NCBI GenBank assembly: GCA_027485485.1
Contig: JAIXQY010000219.1
Coordinates: forward strand, 1 to 51,617
Source: Sphingomonadales bacterium
GTDB taxonomy: Bacteria; Pseudomonadota; Alphaproteobacteria; Sphingomonadales; Sphingomonadaceae
Direction: 5' to 3'
DNA length: 51,617 bases
In this document: positions 30,764-40,878 of the stretch, in pieces
Layout: every line of letters begins with the position of its first letter
Numbering within the stretch: position 1 is the stretch's first letter
The notes under the pieces: model-generated
The model's database searches: none
Seen by the model: the letters and a program-made list of their open reading frames with translations, nothing else
What the model was told of the DNA's origin: nothing
Program-made: the position numbers and the translations under genes

Positions 30764-31189
30764 ATGTCGTCAACTGCCAGCTTTGCCGCCCTTGCCGCCA
30801 CGGTTGCCGTGGTGGCCGTTTCCGGCGCCGCCGCCCAACAGGCGGTGCTGCCGGGCGGGACCCGCGTTACTGACACCAGGGCTGGCACCGGCACCATGGC
30901 GGAACCCGGCCGGGCAGTGGCCGTGCATTACACTGGCTGGCTCTATATCGATGGCATGAAGGGCAAGAAGTTCGACAGCTCGCGCGACACTGGTCGGCCG
31001 TTCATCTTCACGCTCGGGATGGGCGAAGTGATCCAGGGCTGGGATGAAGGCGTGGCCGGCATGAAGGTGGGTGGCACGCGCACCCTGATCGTGCCGCCCC
31101 AGGCCGGCTATGGCGAAAATGGCGCGGGGGAGACGATTCCGCCGGGTGCCACCTTGATCTTCGAGGTTGAACTGCTGGCTGTGCAATAA
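30764..31189 (+). CDS. FKBP-type peptidyl-prolyl isomerase, exported
   Basis: VHYTGWL, KFDSSRD, VIQGWDEG and IPPGATLIFEVELL; N-terminal signal peptide. Confidence 0.93.
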   Translation: MSSTASFAALAATVAVVAVSGAAAQQAVLPGGTRVTDTRAGTGTMAEPGRAVAVHYTGWLYIDGMKGKKFDSSRDTGRPFIFTLGMGEVIQGWDEGVAGMKVGGTRTLIVPPQAGYGENGAGETIPPGATLIFEVELLAVQ

Positions 31190-31378
31190 GGCCGGCCGGT
31201 CCCCAACCATATCTGCGGTGGCCTCACGTCACCAATTGTTCACGCTGAATTGCGCTTTGCGCCGCCCAAATTTCTGATAGGCTGCGACATATTGGCCGAA
31301 CAAGCTGGCGATCAAGCTGCGGCGGCCAGTTGTGCTGTGCCTGCGCGCGGTGCGTTGGGCAAACCGGGGGGACTGACC

Positions 31379-32737
31379 ATGGGCGTGCATGAACATGTTG
31401 ATCTGAATGGCTTTATTGAAGGTGTGAAGCGGCGCAATCCGGGCCAGCCGGAATTTGCCCAGGCCGTCACCGAAGTGGCCGAAGATATTTTCGACTTCAT
31501 GGGCGACAAGGTCAAATATCACGAAGCCCAGATCCTGCGCCGCATTGCCGAGCCTGATCGGGTCATTTCGTTCCGCGTCTGCTGGCAGGATGACAAGGGC
31601 AACATCCGTGTTCAGCGCGGCTGGCGCGTGCAGAACAACAATGCCATCGGCCCCTACAAGGGCGGCATCCGCTTCCACCCGTCGGTCACCGAAAGCGTGC
31701 TGAAGTTTCTGGCCTTTGAACAGACCTTCAAGAACGCGCTCACGGGCCTGCCGATGGGCGGCGGCAAGGGTGGTTCCAATTTCAACCCCAAGGGCAAGAG
31801 CAGCAATGAAATCATGCGCTTCTGCCAGAGCTTCATGACCGAGCTGTATCGCCACATCGGCGCCGACGTTGACGTGCCCGCCGGCGATATCGGCGTGGGC
31901 GGCCGCGAAATTGGTTATATGTTCGGCCAATACAAGCGGATCACCAACCAGTTCACCGGCGTGCTCACCGGCAAGGGCCTGGAATGGGGCGGCAGCCTGA
32001 TCCGCACCGAAGCCACCGGTTATGGTGCCGTCTATTTCATGCAGAACATGCTCACCGCCAAGGGCATGGACGTGGCCGGCAAGACGGCGGTCATCTCGGG
32101 TTCCGGCAATGTCGCCACCCACGCCGCCGAAAAGATCGTGCAGCTGGGCGGCAAGGTGCTCACGCTGTCGGATTCGGAAGGCTTCATCCACGATCCCGAT
32201 GGCATCACCCAGGAGAAGATCAACTGGGTGAAGGATCTGAAGAATGTGCGCCGCGGCCGCATTTCGGAATATGTGAACGAATTCAAGGGTGCGACCTTCC
32301 ATGGCGGCGGGGCGCGGCCGTGGGGCGTGGCCTGCGATCTGGCCTTGCCCTGTGCCACCCAGAATGAGCTGAACGGGGCCGAGGCCAAGACCCTGCTGGC
32401 CAACGGCTGCATTGCCGTGGCCGAAGGCGCCAACATGCCGACCGATCTGGATGGCGTGCATGTCTTCAAGGCGGCCAAGATCCTCTATGCCCCCGGCAAG
32501 GCTTCAAACGCGGGTGGGGTTGCTGTGTCCGGCCTGGAAATGAGCCAGAACAGCGCCCGCATGAGCTGGAAGGAAGACGAACTTCAGGAAATGCTGAAGG
32601 ATATCATGCGCGGCATTCACGATCGCTGCCTGGAATATGGCCGGGATGCATCGGGCCACACCGATTATGTGAAGGGCGCCAACATCGGCGGCTTCAAGAA
32701 GGTGGCCGATGCCATGCTGGCGTTTGGCGTGGTGTAA
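31379..32737 (+). CDS. gdhA: NADP-specific glutamate dehydrogenase
   Basis: GPYKGGIRFH, MGGGKGG, DVPAGDIGVG, EATGYG and GSGNVA. Confidence 0.96.
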   Translation: MGVHEHVDLNGFIEGVKRRNPGQPEFAQAVTEVAEDIFDFMGDKVKYHEAQILRRIAEPDRVISFRVCWQDDKGNIRVQRGWRVQNNNAIGPYKGGIRFHPSVTESVLKFLAFEQTFKNALTGLPMGGGKGGSNFNPKGKSSNEIMRFCQSFMTELYRHIGADVDVPAGDIGVGGREIGYMFGQYKRITNQFTGVLTGKGLEWGGSLIRTEATGYGAVYFMQNMLTAKGMDVAGKTAVISGSGNVATHAAEKIVQLGGKVLTLSDSEGFIHDPDGITQEKINWVKDLKNVRRGRISEYVNEFKGATFHGGGARPWGVACDLALPCATQNELNGAEAKTLLANGCIAVAEGANMPTDLDGVHVFKAAKILYAPGKASNAGGVAVSGLEMSQNSARMSWKEDELQEMLKDIMRGIHDRCLEYGRDASGHTDYVKGANIGGFKKVADAMLAFGVV

Positions 32738-32764
32738 GGCGGAGACTGCGCGGAGGGCAAAGCC

Positions 32765-33259
32765 ATGAACGGGATCATCGATCGGCGCGTCTGCGCAGAG
32801 ATTGATGGCCCGTTCGTGCTGTTCCTGATCGGCATCCGCATCAACCGGCTGTGGAAGGTGAACAGCTGGCTGCCCACGTTCCAGGCGATGGGGCCGATGA
32901 TCGCCGAACTGTCGCGACGGCCGGAGCTGGGCCTGCTGCACAATCGCACCCACTTCGGCTTTCCGGCGACGATGCTGGTGCAATACTGGCGCAGCGTCGA
33001 CGCGTTGCAGGCCTTTGCCACGTCCCGCGATCAACTGCATCTGCCGGCCTGGCAGCGCTTCAACAAGGCCGTGGGTTCCAACGGCGATGTCGGGATCTGG
33101 CATGAGACCTATCTGATCAATCCCGGCGATTATGAAAATGTTTACAACAATATGCCGGCCTGGGGCCTGGGCCGGGCCGGCACCATCCATGATGCCGTGG
33201 GCCCACGCGCCCGTGCCGAAGGGCGCCGGCAGGTTCAGCAAATGACAACGGGGGAATAA
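32765..33259 (+). CDS. DUF4188-like (monooxygenase/heme dehydratase-like) protein
   Basis: FLIGIRIN, VQYWRS, HLPAW and VGIWHETY motifs typical of DUF4188. Confidence 0.8.
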   Translation: MNGIIDRRVCAEIDGPFVLFLIGIRINRLWKVNSWLPTFQAMGPMIAELSRRPELGLLHNRTHFGFPATMLVQYWRSVDALQAFATSRDQLHLPAWQRFNKAVGSNGDVGIWHETYLINPGDYENVYNNMPAWGLGRAGTIHDAVGPRARAEGRRQVQQMTTGE

Positions 33260-33262
33260 CCA

Positions 33263-34909
33263 ATGACCAAAGCTTCTGACCTGCTGGTGCAATGCCTTGA
33301 AGAAGAAGGCTGCGAATATGTGTTCGGCGTCCCGGGCGAGGAGAATCTGGATTTCCTCGACAGCCTCGAACGTTCGTCCAAGATCCGGCTCATCCTCACC
33401 CGCCATGAACAGGGCGCCGGCTTCATGGCCGCAACCTATGGCCGCCACACCGGCAAGGCCGGGGTGTGCGTGGCCACTTTGGGCCCCGGCGCCACCAACT
33501 TTGTCACCGCGGCGGCCTATGCCTTTCTGGGCGGCATGCCGATGCTGATGATCACCGGGCAAAAGCCCATCAAGAAATCCAAGCAGGGCCGGTTCCAGAT
33601 CCTCGACGTGGTCGACATGATGCGGCCGATCACCAAATATACCCACCAATTGGCCAGCGCCGACAATATCCCGGCCCGCACCCGTGAAGCCTTCCGGCTG
33701 GCGCAGGAGGAAAAGCCCGGCGCCACCCACCTGGAACTGCCGGAAGACATCGCCCATGATCCGACCGACGCGGTGCCGTTCAAGCCCAGCTATGCCCGCC
33801 GGCCGCTGGCCGATTCAAAAGCGGTGCTGGCGGCGGTGAGCGCCATAGAGGCGGCCAAATCGCCCATCCTGGTGATCGGCGCCGGCGCCAACCGCACCAT
33901 GACCAGCAAGATGCTGCTGGAATTCGTCGAGAAGACCGGCATCCCCTTCCTGACCACCCAGCTGGGCAAGGGCGTGATCGATGAGCGCCATCCGCAATTC
34001 CTCGGCTGCGCCGCGCTGTCGGCCGGGGATTTCGTCCATGCTGCGATCCGGCGGGCCGATGTAATCGTCAACGTTGGCCATGACGTTATCGAAAAGCCGC
34101 CCTTCTTCATGAATGGCGATGCCACCACCGTCATCCACATGAGCTTCCGTTCGGCGGAGGTAGACCCGGTCTATTATCCACAGATCGAGGTGATCGGCGA
34201 TATCGCCAACGCGGTGTGGCAGCTGAAAGAGGCGATCCGGGTGCAACCGCACTGGGATTTTGCCGCCATGCTGGCCGCCCGTGCCGCCGAAGTGGCGCAC
34301 CGCGATGCCGCCGTGGACGACAAGCGCTTCCCGATCTATCCGCAATATCTGGTGAACGAAATCCGCAAGGCGATGCCCAATGATGGCATCATCGCGCTGG
34401 ACAACGGCGTGTACAAGATCTGGTTCGCCCGCAACTACACCGCCTATCACCCCAACACCGTGCTGCTCGACAACGCGTTGGCCACCATGGGTGCCGGCCT
34501 GCCATCGGCGATGGCCAGCAACATGGTCTATCCCGATCGCAAGGTGATGGCGATCTGCGGCGATGGCGGCTTCATGATGAACAGCCAGGAAATGGAAACT
34601 GCCGTTCGCCTGAAACTGAACATCACCGTGCTGATCCTCAACGATGGCAGCTATGGCATGATCCGCTGGAAACAGGCCAACATGGGCTTCAAGGATTGGG
34701 GCCTGGAATATGGCAACCCGGATTTCGTCGCCTATGCCGAGGCTTATGGCGCCAAGGGCCACCGCGTCACCAGCGCCGAAATGCTGCCCGGCCTGATGGA
34801 GCATTGCCTGAACACGCCCGGCGTCCATCTGATCGACTGCCCGGTTGACTATTGCGACAATGATCGCATTTTGAACAAGGAAATCAAAGAGTTGAGCGCC
34901 AAGCTGTGA
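33263..34909 (+). CDS. Acetolactate synthase large subunit-like ThDP enzyme
   Basis: FGVPGEEN, TRHEQGAGFMA, TLGPGATN and the GDGGFMMN…LND ThDP motif. Confidence 0.92.
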   Translation: MTKASDLLVQCLEEEGCEYVFGVPGEENLDFLDSLERSSKIRLILTRHEQGAGFMAATYGRHTGKAGVCVATLGPGATNFVTAAAYAFLGGMPMLMITGQKPIKKSKQGRFQILDVVDMMRPITKYTHQLASADNIPARTREAFRLAQEEKPGATHLELPEDIAHDPTDAVPFKPSYARRPLADSKAVLAAVSAIEAAKSPILVIGAGANRTMTSKMLLEFVEKTGIPFLTTQLGKGVIDERHPQFLGCAALSAGDFVHAAIRRADVIVNVGHDVIEKPPFFMNGDATTVIHMSFRSAEVDPVYYPQIEVIGDIANAVWQLKEAIRVQPHWDFAAMLAARAAEVAHRDAAVDDKRFPIYPQYLVNEIRKAMPNDGIIALDNGVYKIWFARNYTAYHPNTVLLDNALATMGAGLPSAMASNMVYPDRKVMAICGDGGFMMNSQEMETAVRLKLNITVLILNDGSYGMIRWKQANMGFKDWGLEYGNPDFVAYAEAYGAKGHRVTSAEMLPGLMEHCLNTPGVHLIDCPVDYCDNDRILNKEIKELSAKL

Positions 34910-35107
34910 GCGCTGCCCGGTTGGCTGGCAGGAAGGAACAGCGGCGGCAGTTTTGACACCTTTGACGATTCTCGCGCGATTGGCGTTTTTTCCCCGAGTG
35001 GAATCAAGGCCAGTTCCACCGCCGATGCGCCAGTATAACCGCAATCCCCGCCTGTAGGACAGGCCTGGTCATTGACCGGGCCTGTCCCCGCCACCACATC
35101 ATCGGCC

Positions 35108-35953
35108 ATGACGCCTGCGCCGCACCCGCCCGAGCCCGCCCGCCCACTGGGCCGCGTGTGGCTGGTGGCCAATCGCGCCAGCCGCTCCACCGATGAAGCC
35201 CGCATCACTGCGCTGGAGACGGCGTTGCGGGCCGCCGGCGCGACCATCGCCGGCAGCAGCGACTTTCCGCGCCAGCCTGCGCCGGATGCTGCGGCACTGG
35301 CCGGGATCGACACGCTGGTGGTGATGGGCGGCGACGGCACGTTGGGCGCGGCAAGTGGCGCCGCCCTGGGCTGGGATGGCCAGTTTCTCGCCATTCCCGG
35401 CGGCACCATGAACCTGTTGCCGCGCGCCCTGCACGGCGATGCCACGCCGGAGGCCATTGTGGCAGCCGCGGCGCAAGGGGTGCTCATCCATGTGCCGGTG
35501 GTGCGCGCCGCCGGGCACATCAGCTATTGCCGCATCATCATCGGGCCGCTCACGCGCTGGGCCCGGGCCCGCGAAAATGCGCGCCATGGCCGGCTGTGGC
35601 GTGTGTGGCAGGCGGTGCGGCTGGCGCTGGCACGCGGCTTTCTGGGCGGGGTGAAGGTGGCCGGCCAGCCCGGTCGCCACCCCGGCGTGCTGGTGATGCC
35701 ATCCGATCAAGGGCTTGAAGTCGCGCTGTTTTCCGGGCGCGGCCTGGGTGCGGCGATGGCGGTCGCGGTGAACTGGCTGCTGAACGATTGGCGAGCCGCG
35801 GCCAGCGTGACGGCGTTCACCGCGCCCGAACTCGTCGTGGGCCGCCGCCGCACCCTGCGCTGCCTGTTCGATGGCGAGCTGCGCCGATTGCCGCCGCCGG
35901 TGCGCTTCGTGCCCGGCTGGTCCGATCTGCGCTACATCCGCACGCAGGACTAA
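35108..35953 (+). CDS. Diacylglycerol/lipid kinase family protein
   Basis: VANRAS, GGDGT, IPGGTMNLL and DGE motifs. Confidence 0.85.
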   Translation: MTPAPHPPEPARPLGRVWLVANRASRSTDEARITALETALRAAGATIAGSSDFPRQPAPDAAALAGIDTLVVMGGDGTLGAASGAALGWDGQFLAIPGGTMNLLPRALHGDATPEAIVAAAAQGVLIHVPVVRAAGHISYCRIIIGPLTRWARARENARHGRLWRVWQAVRLALARGFLGGVKVAGQPGRHPGVLVMPSDQGLEVALFSGRGLGAAMAVAVNWLLNDWRAAASVTAFTAPELVVGRRRTLRCLFDGELRRLPPPVRFVPGWSDLRYIRTQD

Positions 35954-36525
35954 CCCGCCAGCTTGCGCGCCACGGCCATGAATTCTTCGATCCGCGCCGG
36001 GGTGGCATCGCGGATGGTGCCCACCACTTTCAGCTGCGTCACCTTCAGGCCAACGAAATCCAGTATCTGCCGGCGCAGCACATTGGGCCAGCCGTTGCGA
36101 TAGCCCAGCCACAGATACCAGGGCGGCGTATCGGCGGTGATCAGCACGCGGGCGGTGCGGCCTTCGAACAATTTCTTGGGAAAATGCCCGTCGCCTTCAT
36201 AGGCAAAGGCGATGCCGGGCAGGAACAGCCGGTCAAACACGCCCTTCAACTTGGCCGGCGCCGCGCCCCACCACAGCGGGTGGACCAGGATGAACGTTTC
36301 ACACCAGCGGATATCGGCCAACAGCGCCTGCAGATCAGGCTCATGCTCCATCCGCGTCCGATAGCCGTGGGCGAGATTGGGATCGAAATCCATCGCCGAA
36401 AGCCGCACCAGCCGCACCTGTGCCCCGCGCGCCTTGGCGGCTGCTGCTGCCGCATCGGCCAAGCCGCTGCACAGGGATGTGCCATCAGGGTGGCCATCGA
36501 GAACGAGAACACGGGTGCTGTTCAT
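35950..36525 (-). CDS. Flavodoxin-fold NAD(P)H-dependent oxidoreductase (quinone reductase-like)
   Basis: LDGHP, LEPDL-like and HPLWWGAAPAKLKGVFDR motifs. Confidence 0.9.
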   Translation of the reverse strand: MNSTRVLVLDGHPDGTSLCSGLADAAAAAAKARGAQVRLVRLSAMDFDPNLAHGYRTRMEHEPDLQALLADIRWCETFILVHPLWWGAAPAKLKGVFDRLFLPGIAFAYEGDGHFPKKLFEGRTARVLITADTPPWYLWLGYRNGWPNVLRRQILDFVGLKVTQLKVVGTIRDATPARIEEFMAVARKLAG

Positions 36526-36725
36526 GACTGTTCACATCCTTGCGCCGGCTGCGGCCTCGCTTGCCAATTTTGACACAATTGACGAATCCGGCGGGAATCG
36601 GTGTTGAAAAACATATCGTTTTGCCGGTTGGCAGGGCCGGCTGGTGATCAACAGTCTATTCCGAAATGCGGGCTGTAGGACAGCTTCAATGTTCCGCCAG
36701 CATCACCGGCAGGGTCGGCCTGCGG

Positions 36726-38678
36726 TCATGCGAGGAACACGTCCTTGGGATAGTCGCGATATTTCTCGCATTCGGCGCGGAAATCATAGGGCACGGTGTC
36801 GGCGCAATCGGGCCATTTCTGCGTCGCCAGCCAATATTCCACCAGCCCCAGCCGCGCGCAGAGCTTCACGAAGCGGGGATCGGCGCGATGATTGGTATAG
36901 GCCGCCGCGAACAGCATGTGGGTGCGATAGGCGGTGTTGCCCAGCATATCCATCGGACCACCCGATGGCCCCAGTTTGGCGCGGTCGAGCAAGGCATAGG
37001 CCTCATCGACAAGGCCGACCTCCGCCACCCAGAGGAAGAGCTCGGCGGGGGCATGGCCGGTCTGCTCGATCGTATCAATAAGCGTCACGAGCCCATTTCG
37101 CAGGATTTCAGGGGTCGGCTCGCGAAAGACGGCGACCATCTCAACGACAACGCTGTGCTCGCGCAGCGGGTGTTGCGCCAGCCGCGCCGGATCAATCAGG
37201 CGGTCCACCTCTGCCCAGTTCCCGGCATGGGCCTGGGCAAGGATCAGGGTAGCCAGACCTTGGTGATCGTCCGGCCAGTTGTCGACGACACGCGTCAGTT
37301 CCGCCAAGCCCTTTTCAAATGCGCCGGAACGCCAAAGCGTGAAGGCATGGAGGGCATTTGCCGAGTAGCTTAGCGGGTCGAGCGCCTCCGCGCGCGTGGC
37401 CCACTCGAGCGCTTCGCCTGTGCGGCCAACCTGCTCGATAAAATAGGAGAGCCACCCCAGCGCATGGGGAGAATTTTGTGCGATCTGCGTCAGGCGTTCG
37501 ACCTTCGCATGCTGGCCAAGATAGTCACCGAACGGTTGCAGCTGATACAATTCGGCTGAGGTCGCGTTCACATTGTCCGGATCGAGCGCCAGGCAGCGCT
37601 GCACGCACGCGGCGATCCTGGCATCGAGCGGCGCCCGCTGGGACCATGGCACCAACACCCGCGCGAAATGCCGCTGCACCGCCAATGCCCCCCAGGCATC
37701 AGCAAGGTCCGGCTCCAATTTCAACGCAGCTTCGAGCAACTCGATATTCTTCTGGATGACCTCGGGGTTCAGATCGACATCCTTGCCGCGCAGGTAAAGG
37801 TCGTAGGCCACGGGATCGACCTTTTCCGTCTTCGCCGGGAAGAAGGCGGCATTGAGCGCATCGGCGATGGCTTGCGAAATCTCGTCCTGCACCGCGAAAA
37901 TGTCTTCCAGCTCGCGGTCATATTTGTCGGACCACAGCATGGTCTGGCTCGCCGCCTCGGTCAGCTGCGCGGCGATGCGCACGCGGTTGCCGGCGCGGCG
38001 GATCGAGCCATCGAGGACATGGCTGGCCCCCAGCGCCGCGGCGGCCTTTGGCTTGTCTGCCCCCCGGAACTGGAAGCTGGAGGTGCGGCCGATCACCCGC
38101 AGCCGTGATCCGCGCATGATCCGGCCGAGAATATCGTCCGACACGCCGTCGGAAAAATAGGCCATCTCGGCATCGCTGGAGAGATTATCGAACGGCAAGA
38201 CGGCGATCAGCGTTGCGCGGGTGGGTTCGGATTTGCTGGCCACGGTGGCCAGCGAGGGCATGGCCGGCAGTGAAGCCCGCTGCTGGCCAACAAACCTGCG
38301 CACATCATCAAGCAGGGCCAGCCAAATGCGGTCCGCTGCATCGCCCTGCCAATGGCTCAGATCCGCCGTCTGGGTCAGCTCGAACATGATCGGCTTGTCA
38401 CAGGGCGCGATGCTGACCGGCACCAGCGTCTTGCACCGATCCGCCAGCGTGGCCTCCGCACGCACCCAGCGGCTTTCGACCGAGGTTGGCGACCACAGCA
38501 CGACCACGGCCTTGGCAGCGCGCAGGGCCTGTTCGATCTTCTGGTCATAAGCGTCGCCAGCCCGCAGGCCGGCGTCCCACCAGACGCTCAGGCCCGCGGC
38601 TGCGAAGGCATCGGCAAATAGTTTCGCCCGCGCCCGATCGTCGGAGCTGTAGGAGATGAAGATGTCAGGCGCGGTCAT
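36726..38678 (-). CDS. TIR domain + TolB-like + TPR protein
   Basis: DIFISYS…VWWD…SRWVRAEA (TIR), IAVLPFDNLS…YFSDG…GSIRRAGNRVRI (TolB-like domain as in adenylate-cyclase/TPR proteins) and helical repeats. Confidence 0.9.
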   Translation of the reverse strand: MTAPDIFISYSSDDRARAKLFADAFAAAGLSVWWDAGLRAGDAYDQKIEQALRAAKAVVVLWSPTSVESRWVRAEATLADRCKTLVPVSIAPCDKPIMFELTQTADLSHWQGDAADRIWLALLDDVRRFVGQQRASLPAMPSLATVASKSEPTRATLIAVLPFDNLSSDAEMAYFSDGVSDDILGRIMRGSRLRVIGRTSSFQFRGADKPKAAAALGASHVLDGSIRRAGNRVRIAAQLTEAASQTMLWSDKYDRELEDIFAVQDEISQAIADALNAAFFPAKTEKVDPVAYDLYLRGKDVDLNPEVIQKNIELLEAALKLEPDLADAWGALAVQRHFARVLVPWSQRAPLDARIAACVQRCLALDPDNVNATSAELYQLQPFGDYLGQHAKVERLTQIAQNSPHALGWLSYFIEQVGRTGEALEWATRAEALDPLSYSANALHAFTLWRSGAFEKGLAELTRVVDNWPDDHQGLATLILAQAHAGNWAEVDRLIDPARLAQHPLREHSVVVEMVAVFREPTPEILRNGLVTLIDTIEQTGHAPAELFLWVAEVGLVDEAYALLDRAKLGPSGGPMDMLGNTAYRTHMLFAAAYTNHRADPRFVKLCARLGLVEYWLATQKWPDCADTVPYDFRAECEKYRDYPKDVFLA

Positions 38679-40342
38679 GCCCCCGACTCCGTCGCCGCAT
38701 AGAGTGCCCGTATCGTGGCGTTGTCAGCTTCCAGCCCCGGGCTGTTTGGCCGGATTCGGAGCGATATGCGCTCCGCCTGCACTGCGCCCCAATCCAGCCG
38801 GCGCGCCGTCTCGATATGCTCGCGCGCCTCCACATCCTGTCCCAGTTGTGTGCAATAGACCGCCTTATTTACGTGGCCCATCCCATATGACGGAAGCAGG
38901 CGTAGACATTCGTCGATGGCCGCGTTCGCTTCCGCCCAGCGTTCCAGCCCGCGACAGGCGACGGATTGCCAATCCTTCACCACCCACATTAGGTGCCAGC
39001 CGGGGCCGAGCCGCTCCGCCGTCTTCAGGTGCGACAGCGCTTCCTCCGGGCGTTCGAGTCTCAAGCAAACGCCGCCATGGAAAAAGTGCAACATTCCGCT
39101 GCCTGGTGCCTTGCGCACCGCGCGCAAGCTGTGGCGCTCGCCTTCCTCTGGGTAACCGACATAGCTGAGCGCAAGCCCAACGAAGCTGAGGACCATCGCG
39201 TCGTCTGGCGCAAGCGCAAGGGCGCGTTCCGCGATGGCGCGAATGGACTGGACCTCCGCCGGATCGTCCGGTTTGGCAAGATAGGCGTTGGCAAGGGCGT
39301 GGGCGAGCGCGGCATGCGCAGGTGCATAATCCGGCGCGATGACAACGGCGCGCCGGGCTTCCTCGATGGCGTCCACTCGGGCGGTAGCGTCCCACTTGCG
39401 ATAGGCGGACAAGCTTCGCTGCACCGCTTCCCAAGCGGTAATGTCGGCGGGTTTCCTGAGCGCCCGTTCAATCTCAAGGCTATAGACCTGTGTATCGAGA
39501 CTGGCGGCGATTTCGCTGACCAATTCTTCCTGAAGCTCGGCCAGTTGGGACAGCGCCCGGTCGAACTTGCCGGTCCACATTACCGCGCCTGTTTCGGCTT
39601 CCAGCAATTGGGTGGTAACCCGCAGATTGGTGCCGGCGCGCCGCACATTTCCTTCCAGCAGGTAGCGCACGCCAAGCTGGCGGCCCAATGCCGGGAGATC
39701 CATGATGGCCGCACGGCTCAGGTTTGCCGTGGTGGTCGCGCCGAGCACGCGGACATTGACGCCCTGTGACAGCGCGCAGATCACATCCTCCACCATTCCT
39801 TCGGCGAACACTTCGTCCTCGGGCAGGCCGGAGCGGTTGGTGAACGGCAGCACGGCCAGCGACGGGGCCGAGCCGCTCTGGCCGGGCTTCAGGGTTTCCT
39901 TGACGGTGGGCGGTTCCGCCGTTGACGGCATCTCGGCGACTGGTGCAGCCTCCTTCGCCACGAACCGGCGCACATCGCCGAGGAACGCCAGCCACGCCTT
40001 GTCCGCGGTTTCGCCTGCCCAATGGGCCAGCTCCGCCGTATGCGTCAGTTCGAACATGATCGGGCGGTCACAGGGTTCGATCATGCAGGGGACGAGGCTT
40101 CTGGCGCGATCCGCCAACGTGGCCTCGGCGCGCACCCAGCGGCTTTCGACCGAGGTCTTTGACCAGAGCACCACAACGGCCCTGGCGCTGCGCAGCGCCT
40201 GCTCGATCTTCTGGTCATAGGCGTCGCCAGCGCGCAGGCCGGCATCCCACCAGACCGACAGGCCGGCCGTAGCGAACGCATCTGCAAATATCTTCGCCCG
40301 CGCCCGGTCGTCAGAGCTGTAGGAGATGAAGATGTCGGTCAG
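38675..40342 (-). CDS. TIR domain + TolB-like + TPR protein (probable CTG start)
   Basis: The frame stays open 56 codons upstream of the ORF-track start, giving LTDIFISYSSDDRARAK…, a complete TIR domain. There is an in-frame TAA at 40373-40375. Contains LAVLPFTNRS and TPR repeats; ATGA overlap with the next gene. Confidence 0.85.
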   Translation of the reverse strand: MTDIFISYSSDDRARAKIFADAFATAGLSVWWDAGLRAGDAYDQKIEQALRSARAVVVLWSKTSVESRWVRAEATLADRARSLVPCMIEPCDRPIMFELTHTAELAHWAGETADKAWLAFLGDVRRFVAKEAAPVAEMPSTAEPPTVKETLKPGQSGSAPSLAVLPFTNRSGLPEDEVFAEGMVEDVICALSQGVNVRVLGATTTANLSRAAIMDLPALGRQLGVRYLLEGNVRRAGTNLRVTTQLLEAETGAVMWTGKFDRALSQLAELQEELVSEIAASLDTQVYSLEIERALRKPADITAWEAVQRSLSAYRKWDATARVDAIEEARRAVVIAPDYAPAHAALAHALANAYLAKPDDPAEVQSIRAIAERALALAPDDAMVLSFVGLALSYVGYPEEGERHSLRAVRKAPGSGMLHFFHGGVCLRLERPEEALSHLKTAERLGPGWHLMWVVKDWQSVACRGLERWAEANAAIDECLRLLPSYGMGHVNKAVYCTQLGQDVEAREHIETARRLDWGAVQAERISLRIRPNSPGLEADNATIRALYAATESGA

Positions 40343-40428
40343 AACGGCCCCCGCACGATTGCAGGGGAAGTGTTAAACGAACGTCATGGCGGCGTCGATG
40401 GGCTGTTGGCCCTCACTGTCCGGGTCGA

Positions 40429-40878
40429 TCAGGCTGTCCAGCGATCCTTCGCAGTGTCGTCGCTGGCCTTGGCCTCTACCCAGCGGGTGCTGCCGTCGGC
40501 CCACTCCTCGCGCTTCCAGAAGGGGGCCTTGGTTTTCAGCCAGTCCATCAGATATTCGGCCGCGGCAAAGGCGTCGGCGCGGTGGGGGGAGGCGGTGAGT
40601 ACGAAGACGATGGGGGCGCCGGGCAGCAACCGGCCGTGGCGGTGGATGATGCGGCCGAGCACGCCGGGCCAGCGGGCGGCGGCATCGGCGGCGATGGCCT
40701 GCATCTGCGCCAGCGTCATCGCCGGATAATGTTCGAGGGTCAGGGCGATCAGCCCATCATCGGCGCGGACCAGGCCGGTGAAGCTGACCACGGCGCCAAG
40801 ATCGGTGTGGCTGCCGACAAGTGCGGCCTGCTCGGCGGCGAGATCGAACGGCTCGGCTTGCAGGTGGGCGCTGATCAT
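40429..40878 (-). CDS. moaE: Molybdopterin synthase catalytic subunit
   Basis: GAVVSFTGLVR, LEHYPAM, HRxG and LKTKAPFWKRE. Confidence 0.95.
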   Translation of the reverse strand: MISAHLQAEPFDLAAEQAALVGSHTDLGAVVSFTGLVRADDGLIALTLEHYPAMTLAQMQAIAADAAARWPGVLGRIIHRHGRLLPGAPIVFVLTASPHRADAFAAAEYLMDWLKTKAPFWKREEWADGSTRWVEAKASDDTAKDRWTA

